A DNA stretch of 64,000 bases. Source: Armatimonadota bacterium (GTDB taxonomy: Bacteria; Armatimonadota; UBA5829; DTLH01). Shown one piece after another: positions 21,518-31,475 of this stretch (position 1 is the stretch's first letter; every line of letters starts with the position of its first letter). Both the position numbers and the translations under genes were made by a program. The notes beneath the pieces were generated by a model, which saw only the letters and a list, made by a program, of their open reading frames with translations, had not been told where the DNA came from and did no database searches. The stretch spans positions 20,369 through 84,368 of the forward strand of contig JBBRAE010000011.1 in the NCBI GenBank assembly GCA_038207085.1, written 5' to 3'.

Positions 21518-23437
21518 CTACCTCGCTGGCTCCGGCATCTTGTGCCTTAACGCCTCTACAAACGGCGCGATCGCGACCCCGCCGTTGTCCTGACACAGGT
21601 GAACCTCGCGCCACGCGCCTGCGTAGTCGCCCTTTTTGTAGAGCTGCACGCCGAGGTTGTTGTGTGCCTTGGGCTCTGCCGGGTCAAGCTCGATTGCCCT
21701 CCGATACTCGGCTATGGCCGCTTCAGGGTCGACGCTCTCAATGGCGCATGCGAGGTTGTAATGGGGCGCAGCCGTACTTTCGCCGCGGAAAATCGCCTTG
21801 CGGAACTGCTCTGCAGCCTCGGCGTTCTTGCGGTATTTGGCGAGCATCCGACCGAGGTTTATGTGAATCTTTGCGATATTCGCATCCGGTTTGTCCGGCC
21901 CGATCTCGGCTTCTTTGACAGCAATTGCTTCGGTGTACTCTTTGTAAGCGTCTGCCGGTCTGTTCAGCTTCTCAAGCGCGAAAGCGAGGTTGTTGTGCCC
22001 CTCGGCCCAGCTGGGTCTGAGCTCGACGACCTGCCTGTAGTGCTCTTCCGCCTTGTCATACTTCTCAAGCTTCTCGTAGCCTTTGGCAAGGTTGTTGTGC
22101 GCGACCGAGTTGTTATCTGGGGCGACCTCAAGCGCGTGCTGGAAGAGTGATATGCTGTCGTGCCAGTAGCCTGTCTGGATGACGGTCAGCGTCGAAAGCA
22201 CCGCTAGAACAAAGAGCGCAGGGGCGACCAACAGAGTATTCGGCGCGCGCTCCGACTGCTTCTCAGTTCGCGAACGCTTCGGTGCAGGTTCTTTCTTCGT
22301 GAAAAGCTCAGGAATGCCCCAGGCGATCATCACGAATATGCCAATCAAGGGGATATAAGTATAGCGATCAGCCATTGCCTGCTCGCCTACTTGGATGATG
22401 CCGATCACCGGGACTAGCGTCACGAGATACCAAAGCCACCCAACCGGCAGGTAACTGTGCCGCCTGAGAACGAACGCCGCAATAGAAATTCCAATCAAAA
22501 AGACCGCAGATATGAAGACCAATAGCGCCGATATGCCGAGCCCAGGGTGAGGGTAGGGGTTTGCGAAATTGACCGGCCAGAAGGTCTTCAAAATATACGT
22601 TCCGTAGGAGAGTATGGCGTTGCCTATCTTGACCGCAAAGCCGAGCTTGTCCGCCCCACCCATCGCGCCACCTCTTTGCTGGACCACATACGTGATTATG
22701 CACGAAGCGATGGTCATTGAGAAAAGTGGGAGTTTCTCGGTGATAAGAGCGCTGACTTTGACCTGTCTGATCCTGCCAAGCGGCCACCAGTCAAGCAGCA
22801 GCAGCGCGATCGGGAGGGTCACAAGCATCGGTTTCGCCATAAGCCCGAGCGTGAACGAGACCAGCAAGAGCGTGTAGCGCAGCGCACCCGGACGCTCTGT
22901 ATACCAGACGTATGCCAGCATCGAGAGCATCCAGAACATCCCGGAGAGCACGTCTTTTCGCTCGGCGACCCACGCGACCGACTCCACATGGAACGGATGA
23001 AGCGCAAAAAGCGACGCAACAAACGCGCTCTTCCACGGGGAGTTGGTCATCCTCGTAAGAGCAAAGAAAAGCAGCAGTGTCGTTGCAATATGTATCAGCA
23101 CGTTCGAGAGGTGATGGAGCCACGGGTTTTGCGCGCCTTCGGGAAGCGTGGGGACGCCCACAGATGGCTTCACCCTGGCCCCGATTAGCCGGTCGATGTT
23201 CGCATCTAGCATATGGCTCATCCATGTGACGGGGTGCCAGTTTGCCGCGTAGCCGTTCATCTTGAAGGCGAAGGCTATCCCATCAAGCGTGATGCCCTTC
23301 AGCACGTGCGGGTTCTGGGTGATGTATTGCTCGTCATCATACTCCAGAAACTGCCCACGAAGCGACGGCGCGTAGACTGCGAGCGTAACGACGGCGAGCA
23401 GTGCGGCGATTATAAGATTTGTGCGTGTCTTCATCAT
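21518..23437 (-). CDS. TMTC-like GT-C + TPR protein (paralog 4)
   Basis: FLEYDD, NWHPVTW, HPFHVESVAWVAERKD and ADRYTYIP motifs; TPRs; about 20-aa insertion in the first loop. Confidence 0.8.
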   Translation of the reverse strand: MMKTRTNLIIAALLAVVTLAVYAPSLRGQFLEYDDEQYITQNPHVLKGITLDGIAFAFKMNGYAANWHPVTWMSHMLDANIDRLIGARVKPSVGVPTLPEGAQNPWLHHLSNVLIHIATTLLLFFALTRMTNSPWKSAFVASLFALHPFHVESVAWVAERKDVLSGMFWMLSMLAYVWYTERPGALRYTLLLVSFTLGLMAKPMLVTLPIALLLLDWWPLGRIRQVKVSALITEKLPLFSMTIASCIITYVVQQRGGAMGGADKLGFAVKIGNAILSYGTYILKTFWPVNFANPYPHPGLGISALLVFISAVFLIGISIAAFVLRRHSYLPVGWLWYLVTLVPVIGIIQVGEQAMADRYTYIPLIGIFVMIAWGIPELFTKKEPAPKRSRTEKQSERAPNTLLVAPALFVLAVLSTLTVIQTGYWHDSISLFQHALEVAPDNNSVAHNNLAKGYEKLEKYDKAEEHYRQVVELRPSWAEGHNNLAFALEKLNRPADAYKEYTEAIAVKEAEIGPDKPDANIAKIHINLGRMLAKYRKNAEAAEQFRKAIFRGESTAAPHYNLACAIESVDPEAAIAEYRRAIELDPAEPKAHNNLGVQLYKKGDYAGAWREVHLCQDNGGVAIAPFVEALRHKMPEPAR

Positions 23438-23443
23438 ATATGA

Positions 23444-25525
23444 TTACCTCGTCGGCTCCGGCATCTTGCTTCGGAGGGTGGATATGATCGTCGGCTCGGG
23501 TTGGATTCCCAGAGCTTCGACAGCGTGAATATGTTCCCAAGCGTGTCTGTAGTCACCTGTTTTGAGCTCTGCTACAGCGATTTGGTAGAGTGCGGCCTGG
23601 AAGTTGGGGTCGAGCTCAAGTGCGCGCTCGAAATATGGAATTGCCTCGGCAAATCGCCCCAACTGGTTCATTGCGTACCCCACATTGTAGTGCGCTACGC
23701 AAAATTTGGGGTCGAGCCTAATAGCTTCCTGAAACGCCGCTATCGCATCCTCGTTTCGCCCAAGCTCTCCAAGGGCCATTCCGAGCTGGTTTTGCGCCTC
23801 TGCGTTATCGGGTGAAATCTCCGTAACCTGACGAAGCGCGTCGATGGCGTCATCGTGCCGTCCGACCTTGCCTGCCATATCGGCGACACCCCGAAGCGCC
23901 GCGGTTTTCAATCTCTTTGGGTATTGTTCTGCGGAGAGTTTGTACTGCTCCAGCGCCTCAAGATAGAGCTTCTTTGCGCCGTATGCTGTCCCAAGATTGA
24001 AATGCGCGACGGCAAAGGGTTCGCGAAGCTTGAGGGCGGCGTAAAGGTGTTCTATTGCCAGGTCCAAGTCACCGTGAGATATGAACGCATGAGCGATGTT
24101 GCTCTGCGTTATAGGCTGTGTTGAGTTGATATCGAGCGATGTTTGGTAACACTCGATCGCTCTATCGAGGAGCGCCGGGTCTTTTTTGGCCCCATACTGG
24201 ACTTCATACTCCACACCCAGGTCTGCCCAGGCGAGGTGACTCCTGGGGACAACTCTGACGGAGTGCTCGAATATCGAGACGCTGTTCTTCCAGTGTCCAA
24301 CTTGCGCATAGGTGACAGGCAGGTAGACGGCGATCAGTGCAACAGCGGCGGCGGCAAGCATCTTGGGCGTAGCCCATCGGGATACAAGCTCGGGAATACC
24401 CCACGCGAGGACCACAAACAGCCCAACAAACGGCACATAGGTGTATCTGTCCGCAGAGCCCTGGCTTCCCACCTGCACGAGGCCGATCACGGGGATCAGT
24501 GTCACAATAAACCAAAGCCAGCCGGTCGCGAGATATGGGTTCTTCCTGGCACGTTTTATGACAAAAGCCGTGATACAGGCAAGCACGACAACCGACCCTG
24601 CGAGGCGGAGCAGCATATCGCCTTCAAAAAGTCTGGCTCCGGGGTGCGGGTAGAACACTGCAAGTGGACTGGGCCAGATCAGCTTGCCGATGTAGCTTAC
24701 GTAGGCCAGGAACGCGTTTCCGACCCGGTACTGCACGGGAAGCGACTCCATCGAGCCGACGGCCCCCGTTCCCCGCTGCACCACAAACGTCACCACACAC
24801 GAAGCAAGCACAAGCGCGAACAGCGGCAGCTTCTCGACGATGAGCGCCTTCCAGCCCTTGCCGGATCTTCCAAGCGGCCAGTAGTCGAGCATCAACAGCA
24901 CCAATGGCAGCGTGACGAGCATGGGTTTTGATAATAGGCCGAGAACCAACGCGGTCACGACAAGAGTGTATTTGCCGGTGCTCGGGCGCTCGACATAGAA
25001 GGCGTAGGCGTACATCGTGAGCGCCCAGAAAAGGGTCGAGAGCACGTCTTTGCGCTCTGCGACCCAGGCGACGGATTCCACATGCGCGGGATGAACGGCA
25101 AAGAGCGCCGCTACAAACGCGGCTTTCCAGACGGCTCCGGTCATCTTTGAGAGCACAAGGAACAAGAACACCGTCCCAAGTATATGGAGAAGCAAACTTG
25201 TGAGGTGATGCAGCCCCGGCTTGTTGAGCCCGAAGAACTGCACGTCCGCCATATGCGATATCCAGGTCAGCGGGTGCCAGTTTGCGGAGTGCCCGTGGTT
25301 TGTGAACGCCCAGGCGATGTTCTCTGCCGTTAGTCCTCCTCTGATGAAAGGGTTGGCGCTCACGTAATCGGGGTCATCGAGCATGATGAAACCGCTGTGG
25401 GCGACGCGTGCAAAAACGGCCACTGTCCCGATGACCAGCAGCAGAATGATCGCGATATACACCCGCCTGTCGGTCGGCTGCGCCGGCGCTACTTTGGGTG
25501 AGAGTGTCTTTTTGCTGGTTTTCAT
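23444..25525 (-). CDS. TMTC-like GT-C + TPR protein (paralog 3)
   Basis: FIMLDD, NWHPLTW, HPAHVESVAWVAERKD and ADRYTYVP motifs; longest TPR region of the seven. Confidence 0.8.
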   Translation of the reverse strand: MKTSKKTLSPKVAPAQPTDRRVYIAIILLLVIGTVAVFARVAHSGFIMLDDPDYVSANPFIRGGLTAENIAWAFTNHGHSANWHPLTWISHMADVQFFGLNKPGLHHLTSLLLHILGTVFLFLVLSKMTGAVWKAAFVAALFAVHPAHVESVAWVAERKDVLSTLFWALTMYAYAFYVERPSTGKYTLVVTALVLGLLSKPMLVTLPLVLLMLDYWPLGRSGKGWKALIVEKLPLFALVLASCVVTFVVQRGTGAVGSMESLPVQYRVGNAFLAYVSYIGKLIWPSPLAVFYPHPGARLFEGDMLLRLAGSVVVLACITAFVIKRARKNPYLATGWLWFIVTLIPVIGLVQVGSQGSADRYTYVPFVGLFVVLAWGIPELVSRWATPKMLAAAAVALIAVYLPVTYAQVGHWKNSVSIFEHSVRVVPRSHLAWADLGVEYEVQYGAKKDPALLDRAIECYQTSLDINSTQPITQSNIAHAFISHGDLDLAIEHLYAALKLREPFAVAHFNLGTAYGAKKLYLEALEQYKLSAEQYPKRLKTAALRGVADMAGKVGRHDDAIDALRQVTEISPDNAEAQNQLGMALGELGRNEDAIAAFQEAIRLDPKFCVAHYNVGYAMNQLGRFAEAIPYFERALELDPNFQAALYQIAVAELKTGDYRHAWEHIHAVEALGIQPEPTIISTLRSKMPEPTR

Positions 25526-25561
25526 TGTTCTCCGGATCGACGGCGCTATCCGCGCCGTCTC

Positions 25562-25642
25562 TTAGCCCGCTTTATTCGTGAAGCGAATAAAGCTTTCGCT
25601 AACAGAGCATTATTCACGCTACTCGTGAATAATGCGGGTTAG
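25562..25642 (-). mobile_element. MITE/REPIN-like element copy 3, flanked by TTAG direct repeats
   Basis: TTAG-CCCGCTTTATTCGTGAAGCGAATAAAGC...GCATTATTCACGCTACTCGTGAATAATGCGGG-TTAG. The core is the reverse complement of copy 1. Confidence 0.85.
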
Positions 25643-25651
25643 AGGCTGGCG

Positions 25652-27469
25652 CTATGCGCCACCGGCTCGTGTAAGCTCGTCGATGATCTCCTGTGATATC
25701 TGCACACCCCGGCTTTGCGCGTCTTGGACAGCAGTCAGGGCGCTCCGGTAGTCCTTCATCTCTAAGAGTACAACTGGAAGATTGGTGAGTGCCGGTCCGT
25801 AGGCCGGATCAAGCACGAGCGCACGTCTGTAGGCATCCACAGCCTCGCCGAGCCTTCCCTGACGATGATATGCGAGCGCCAGATTGTACGTTGACTCAAC
25901 TAGGTCAGGCTGCAGTTCGGTGGCGCGCTTGAAGTGCTCGATAGCTTCGTCGTAGCGTTCCTGCATCGCGAGCGCTTTGCCCATGTTGTTGTGAGCATCA
26001 GCCGAGTTCGGGTCGATACTGAGTGCGATGCGGCAGTGCTCCTCCGCGCGTTTGATATCACCCTTCATAGCAAGCGTGTTGCCGAGATTGGTGTGCGCGA
26101 GCGAGTAGCCTGGTCTGTATCTCAGAGCGAGCTCATAGTTTGTCATCGCTTCATCGACCCTGTTTTCGTCCAAGAGCGCGTTTCCAAGGTTATTGTAGCA
26201 GAACCAGTTGCCCGAGGTCACCTCTACTGCGTGAGCGAAAACGGTCCTGTTGCTAGTCCAAGTTCCTGCCAGCTTGAAGGTTGCCATCGAAAGCGCAATC
26301 AGGATCACCGATGCCCCGAGGGCGAGGAGCGTACGTCGCTGTGTTCCAACAAGCTCCCAGGCCCCATAGGCAACTATCAGAAATAGTCCGATAAATGGAA
26401 TGTAGCTGTAACGGTCGGCCATAGCTTGCCCGCCTACCTGTATTACGCCGATAACAGGCACCAGTGTTCCAACAAACCACAGCCAACCGACGGCGACGTA
26501 GGGATGCCGTCTGGCAAGCTTGAGCGCAGCAAAGGTTATCGCGATCAGAGCCAGGGCGCATACGGCGGCAAGTGGGAACGAGACGCTTTTCTCCGGGTGT
26601 GGGTAGAACATCGCGAGCCGGGTGGGCCAGAGCATCTTGCCGATGTAGGTCAAATATGCAATAAGCGCGTTTGCGACTCTGTAGGGCAGGGGAATGGAGG
26701 CCATCAGAGATGTCGCACCGCCAGCGTGCTGGGCTGTGTAGGTCATCACACACGAGGCGATTGAGAGCACAAAGAGAGGGATTTTCTCAACAACTAGCAC
26801 GCCTGCCTTCTCCCGCGAAAACCGCCCAAGCGGCCAGAAATCGACCAGCAAAAGGACAATGGGCAGCGTAACGAGCATCGGCTTTGCCATCAGCCCAAGC
26901 GCGAACAGGGCCGCTAGCGGGATGTATCGCAGGGCGCTCTTCTTCTCTGTGTAGAGCACATACGCGCCGAGAGTGAGCATCATAAAGAAGGTCGAGAGCA
27001 CGTCTTTACGCTCGGCGACCCACGCGACCGATTCCACATGCATGGGATGAACGGCAAAAAGCGCCGCGACAGCCGCCGCCGGCCATATCTGCGCTGTCAA
27101 TCGAAAGAGAATCAGAAAGAGTAACAGGGCGCTCGCGATATGCAGTGCGAGGTTTACCGCGTGATGTCCCCGCGGGTTCATTCCGAAAAGCTCGATGTCG
27201 AGCATATGGGAGAGCCACGTCACCGGGTGCCAGTTCGACGCGTGTCTTGCCGTAAATGCCCACTGCACCGACTTCGGCGTTAATCCGGCCTGAACATGCG
27301 TGTTTGATGTGATGTATTCGGCGTCGTCGCAATTGTCGATGAACCCTGCCCGCAGCACCGGCAAAAACGCAGCTAAAGTCAAGATCACAAGCACGAGAGC
27401 GACCAAAACGACCATCGCTTTGCTTGTCACTGTTGTATGTTTTACCGGTGGCCTCTTCTTAGCAGCCAT
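25652..27469 (-). CDS. TMTC-like GT-C + TPR protein (paralog 2)
   Basis: NCDD, NWHPVTW, HPMHVESVAWVAERKD and ADRYSYIP motifs; TPRs. Start MAAKK at 27469. Confidence 0.8.
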   Translation of the reverse strand: MAAKKRPPVKHTTVTSKAMVVLVALVLVILTLAAFLPVLRAGFIDNCDDAEYITSNTHVQAGLTPKSVQWAFTARHASNWHPVTWLSHMLDIELFGMNPRGHHAVNLALHIASALLLFLILFRLTAQIWPAAAVAALFAVHPMHVESVAWVAERKDVLSTFFMMLTLGAYVLYTEKKSALRYIPLAALFALGLMAKPMLVTLPIVLLLVDFWPLGRFSREKAGVLVVEKIPLFVLSIASCVMTYTAQHAGGATSLMASIPLPYRVANALIAYLTYIGKMLWPTRLAMFYPHPEKSVSFPLAAVCALALIAITFAALKLARRHPYVAVGWLWFVGTLVPVIGVIQVGGQAMADRYSYIPFIGLFLIVAYGAWELVGTQRRTLLALGASVILIALSMATFKLAGTWTSNRTVFAHAVEVTSGNWFCYNNLGNALLDENRVDEAMTNYELALRYRPGYSLAHTNLGNTLAMKGDIKRAEEHCRIALSIDPNSADAHNNMGKALAMQERYDEAIEHFKRATELQPDLVESTYNLALAYHRQGRLGEAVDAYRRALVLDPAYGPALTNLPVVLLEMKDYRSALTAVQDAQSRGVQISQEIIDELTRAGGA

Positions 27470-27470
27470 A

Positions 27471-28982
27471 CTACTTTGCCGCTCCACTGTTGATGGTATT
27501 GATCCAGTCCTTGACCCCGGGGATATCCAGGTCGAACCCGTCACTAACAGCTCGATCAAGCTCTCTCTTGGCGGCGACGGGGTCACCTGTGACATAGAGC
27601 GCGCACGCGAGGTTGAAGCGGGCGACTGTCCACTTAGGTTTCAGCTCAAGCGCCTTCCGGATGTGGGGGATCGCTTCTGCGAAGCGATTGTCATTGGCGT
27701 AACCCATTCCAAGCTCGTGTTCGGCGAGGTAGTTGTTCGGGACGGCTGCCATCGCGTGCAGGAAGAGCGTTTCGCTGTCCTTCCAGACCTTGACCTGAGC
27801 AAAAGAAAGCACGGAGAGCGTGACAAGAATTATCGCAGAGATGGGGAGAAGTACCTTCGTCCGATTTTGAATCCACGCCTCGGGCACAGCCCAGACAATC
27901 GCGACAAACACCCCGATCAGCGGGATGTAGGTGTAGCGGTCCGCGTAAGCCTGCTCACCGACCTGCACCAGGCCAATCACGGGTATGAGCGAGACAATAT
28001 ACCATAGCCAGCCGCTCGCGATATATGGCTTAGTGCGTCGTATCACGACGGCAAGTGCGGTCATTGCGACGATAAACCCGCCGCTTGTCACGAGTTGCCA
28101 TGTGGGCCAGCCGCCGACCGGATGCGGGTAAAGCGCGGCGAGCCTGAGCGGCCAGAACATCTTCCAGATATATGCGGCGAACGCCACTCCCGCGGTCAGT
28201 ATGCGCTCGCCAATCGAATACGCGCCAAGGGATTGCACAGCTCCACCCGCGTTTTGGGCGAAGTAAGTCGCGACACATGAGCCAATCGCAAGAGCAAACA
28301 GCGGGATTTTCTCACGAATAAGCCTTCCCCAGCTTTCGCTTCTCCCGAGCGGCCAGCGGTCGATTACAAGAAGCAGTATCGGCAGCGTGACAAGCATCGG
28401 TTTGGCGAGAAGCCCCACGGTGAAAAGCGACGCCGTCAATACATAGTCAAAAGGCCTGCGCGACCCGACATAACGGTGGTACGCAAGCATCGATAACAGC
28501 AGAAAGAACGCGCTAAGCACGTCTTTACGCTCGGAAACCCACGCCACCGACTCCACGTGCAGTGGATGAAGCGCGAAAAGCGCCGCCACAACTGCGCTTC
28601 GCCAGAAACTCCCGGTAAGTCTCGTAAGAAGTACAAACAGCAGCAGGATATTCACGAGGTGAAGCAGGATATTCGTGAGGTGGTGCATCCCCGCGTTGCT
28701 CCCGTAGAGCTGGCAGTCGACCATGTGAGATATCCATGTCAGCGGGTGCCAGTTTGCGGCATGGGACGATGTGAACGCCCATATGACGTTATCTAGGGTA
28801 ACCCCGCCGGTGACGTGTTCGTTCAGGGTGACGTAGTGTTCGTCGTCGTGATACATTTGGAAACCAAACGCCGTCGCCTGCCAGTAGACGGCAATCGTCA
28901 GGATGAGTATCGCCGCAATGACTGCGACCTTCAGTCCCATGCCCGTGTTGTCTTTGGGCGAAAATACTGGTTTCTTCGTCAT
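27471..28982 (-). CDS. TMTC-like GT-C protein with short TPR tail (paralog 1)
   Basis: YHDD, NWHPLTW, HPLHVESVAWVSERKD and ADRYTYIP motifs; only about 2 TPRs; 503 aa. Confidence 0.8.
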   Translation of the reverse strand: MTKKPVFSPKDNTGMGLKVAVIAAILILTIAVYWQATAFGFQMYHDDEHYVTLNEHVTGGVTLDNVIWAFTSSHAANWHPLTWISHMVDCQLYGSNAGMHHLTNILLHLVNILLLFVLLTRLTGSFWRSAVVAALFALHPLHVESVAWVSERKDVLSAFFLLLSMLAYHRYVGSRRPFDYVLTASLFTVGLLAKPMLVTLPILLLVIDRWPLGRSESWGRLIREKIPLFALAIGSCVATYFAQNAGGAVQSLGAYSIGERILTAGVAFAAYIWKMFWPLRLAALYPHPVGGWPTWQLVTSGGFIVAMTALAVVIRRTKPYIASGWLWYIVSLIPVIGLVQVGEQAYADRYTYIPLIGVFVAIVWAVPEAWIQNRTKVLLPISAIILVTLSVLSFAQVKVWKDSETLFLHAMAAVPNNYLAEHELGMGYANDNRFAEAIPHIRKALELKPKWTVARFNLACALYVTGDPVAAKRELDRAVSDGFDLDIPGVKDWINTINSGAAK

Positions 28983-29015
28983 CTGCTAACTCCCCGGGTC
29001 CGCATTGGAGGCAAG

Positions 29016-29774
29016 CTACCTCTTTTTTGCCGGGAGGTATTTGGGATGAGAAATTCCCCACCTGGCAAGTCGGTAGGCAAGCGCCGTAGAAAGACATCCA
29101 AACCCGTATTTGACGCTCCTGCGGAAGTTGATCGATGACGCCTCAGGCGAATATCGTGCGGGACAGCTTACTTCGCCGATCCTGTAGTCCTGCCAGATCA
29201 CCTGGGATAGCATTTGGTTGTCGAACACGAAGTCGTCGGAATTGAGCTTGAGCGGCAGGTTTTCAAGCACCTCGCGTGAAAACGCCCGGTAGCCGGAATG
29301 ATATTCGGAGAGCTTCGCACCCATCATCAGGTTTCCAAATAGCGTCAGGAACCGGTTGGAGATGTAGCGCCACGCCGGCATTCCGTCTTTCATGGCGCGG
29401 CCTCCGAGGATTCGCGAGGCGACGACGCAGTCGTAGAGCCCGTTTCCGATGAGCGCGGCAATCGCAGGCACCAGCTTCGGGGTGTACTGATAATCCGGGT
29501 GGACCATGATGACGATATCCCCGCCGTGCTCCACTGCGAGTCTGTAGCAGCTCTTTTGATTGCCGCCGTAGCCTTTGTTCTCAGCGTGGGTATGCACGAC
29601 GGTGTTCGGCAGCATCCTGGCGACAGCCGAAGTGTTGTCGTGGCTTGCGTCATCGACGACAATCACGAGGTCGACAATTCCCTCCTGATCCATGACTTCG
29701 TTATATGTCTGAACGAGGGTGTTCTCCGCGTTGTATGCGGGCATTACAACGACGACCTTCTTATCTTTGAACAT
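29016..29774 (-). CDS. GT2 glycosyltransferase, DPM1/polyprenyl-phosphate sugar synthase-like
   Basis: VVMPAYN, VVDDAS, NKGYG, MVHPDYQY, ASR and HSGYRAF motifs; soluble, 252 aa. Confidence 0.85.
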   Translation of the reverse strand: MFKDKKVVVVMPAYNAENTLVQTYNEVMDQEGIVDLVIVVDDASHDNTSAVARMLPNTVVHTHAENKGYGGNQKSCYRLAVEHGGDIVIMVHPDYQYTPKLVPAIAALIGNGLYDCVVASRILGGRAMKDGMPAWRYISNRFLTLFGNLMMGAKLSEYHSGYRAFSREVLENLPLKLNSDDFVFDNQMLSQVIWQDYRIGEVSCPARYSPEASSINFRRSVKYGFGCLSTALAYRLARWGISHPKYLPAKKR

Positions 29775-29780
29775 GACTCT

Positions 29781-31454
29781 CTAGTTAGCCTCTATCTTTC
29801 TTTCGAAAATGTATATGCCATTGTCAGGCTTTATGGGATAGGCGCGAGCTTTGTCGCCCCATATATATTCGGTTGTAAACGAGCTTGGCCCAAGGCCTCC
29901 GTAGTAAGTCATTACGTAGCCCATTTGAGTGTAGTTCTTGGGGATATATTCACCGAGCGCCCAGTTCAGTATCGTCATATCGGAGCCCTGCCTCCAAAGC
30001 CACGACGTGCTGATGCTGACGAAGACTATATACTTCGGTTTGGACTTCTCGATCTCCGCGATCATTTCCTTCTGCATCTTGCCGGCGAGCTTCTGTCGCT
30101 CCATCAGGGGATAGGTATATATGTAGCCGGTCGCGCTACGCCTGTCTGCAAAGAACGGCAATTGCGGCTCGCTTCCAAGGACGGCGATAGTATCGGTTGG
30201 CTTGCTGTGAGCCTTAAGATACTTCGCGATCTCCTGAGTCTCTATCCATGGGTTGCCTCCGTAGATCGATCGTGTCGCCTGATCCATTGGGAGCCTGAGC
30301 AGAAACTCGGAGTGTGCGTTTATCGTGAAGAGCAGCCCCACGACGAAGACGGCGGCAGGGATATAGGAGACTGCCGCGATTCCAGTGAGCCTTTTAAGAA
30401 TATTTCGAGCGGAGCCGACAAACACGCCGATCAAGAGCGCAAGCGAGGGCATCCAAGTTACGTAGTAGTGCTGGCGGAAGTAGAACCCCGGGACAATCGT
30501 TGCAAGCGAGAAGAGGAAGAACCCCGTCATCCAGAGTGCGCGCTTGCGGGTTGCTCCGTCAACCCACACAAGCACCAGCCCGAGACCTGCGAGCAGCCAG
30601 AGGACTACGCTCGGACCTGCCATCTCAGATGTGTTTTTCAAAAACACACCCAGCGCCTGGCCTACGGGTATCTCGCCGACATAGTTTCTGGCATACTCAA
30701 ACGTCCACAGCCAGAACCTACCGAAGACTCCCGAGGCCGCCATAAGAGCGCAGATCAGAATATAGGGCAGCGCAGAGCAAGCAATAAACACACATGCTCG
30801 TCCTGTGATCGAAATAGCTCTAATCGGCCTCTCGCGAAGATCGTTTGCCAGGAGATATATGAGCACGAACGGGACGAAGAACATCCCCTGCTGCTTCATC
30901 GTAAGCGCGATACCTACAAGCACTCCTGACAGCGCGACGTGGAGGAGTTTCTTCGACTCCACAGCTTTCAGTGCAAAGAGAATACCGGCAAGCGCGGGTA
31001 GGACTACAAAATGCGTCGCGTGCGCCTGAGTGCCGAAGATGTTCTGGTTGATCGTGAGAAACCCGAACGCTGCAGCGGAGACTAGCCCGACCGTCGAGTC
31101 AAAGAGCCTGCGGGCGATCAGATACAGAAGCACCATCGATGCCGCGTTTACTACAAGCAGCCCGAGATGTATCCCGACCACACTCTGCCCGAAAACGCCC
31201 ATCACAAGCGCGTATGCGTAGTAGATGCCGGGGAGCTTCATATTGTAGGCGAGTTTGAACGGCGGGACGCCCTTCAGGATCAACTGGCCGACGTAGGCAT
31301 ACTCACCTTCGTCGCGCTCGATCGGTATGCCGAGCATCCTAATACGGATTGCCGCGTAAACGAGCACGATGACGCCAAGTATCGCCCACGACACCCACGA
31401 CGGGGTCTGTCCAGCTTCGATCTGTGGCTTGTCCAGTTTCCTACGCTTGCCCAT
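29781..31454 (-). CDS. ArnT/PMT-family GT-C membrane glycosyltransferase
   Basis: TM1 followed by ERDEGEY; KLPG and MKQQG motifs; many TMs; C-terminal soluble domain. Confidence 0.75.
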   Translation of the reverse strand: MGKRRKLDKPQIEAGQTPSWVSWAILGVIVLVYAAIRIRMLGIPIERDEGEYAYVGQLILKGVPPFKLAYNMKLPGIYYAYALVMGVFGQSVVGIHLGLLVVNAASMVLLYLIARRLFDSTVGLVSAAAFGFLTINQNIFGTQAHATHFVVLPALAGILFALKAVESKKLLHVALSGVLVGIALTMKQQGMFFVPFVLIYLLANDLRERPIRAISITGRACVFIACSALPYILICALMAASGVFGRFWLWTFEYARNYVGEIPVGQALGVFLKNTSEMAGPSVVLWLLAGLGLVLVWVDGATRKRALWMTGFFLFSLATIVPGFYFRQHYYVTWMPSLALLIGVFVGSARNILKRLTGIAAVSYIPAAVFVVGLLFTINAHSEFLLRLPMDQATRSIYGGNPWIETQEIAKYLKAHSKPTDTIAVLGSEPQLPFFADRRSATGYIYTYPLMERQKLAGKMQKEMIAEIEKSKPKYIVFVSISTSWLWRQGSDMTILNWALGEYIPKNYTQMGYVMTYYGGLGPSSFTTEYIWGDKARAYPIKPDNGIYIFERKIEAN

Positions 31455-31475
31455 AAGTGCAGATTCTCCTGTCGG

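Noticed and set aside
25562..25642. Integron attC site (CTAAC...GTTAG resemblance)
   Set aside because: RYYYAAC/GTTRRRY boxes do not bound the full element, copies are not arranged one per cassette, there is no integrase, and the flanks behave as direct repeats.
17131..28535. ~2-kb periodic nucleotide repeat GCACGTCTTxxCGCTC
   Set aside because: It encodes the conserved ERKDVL motif of the seven paralogs and is not an independent repeat.
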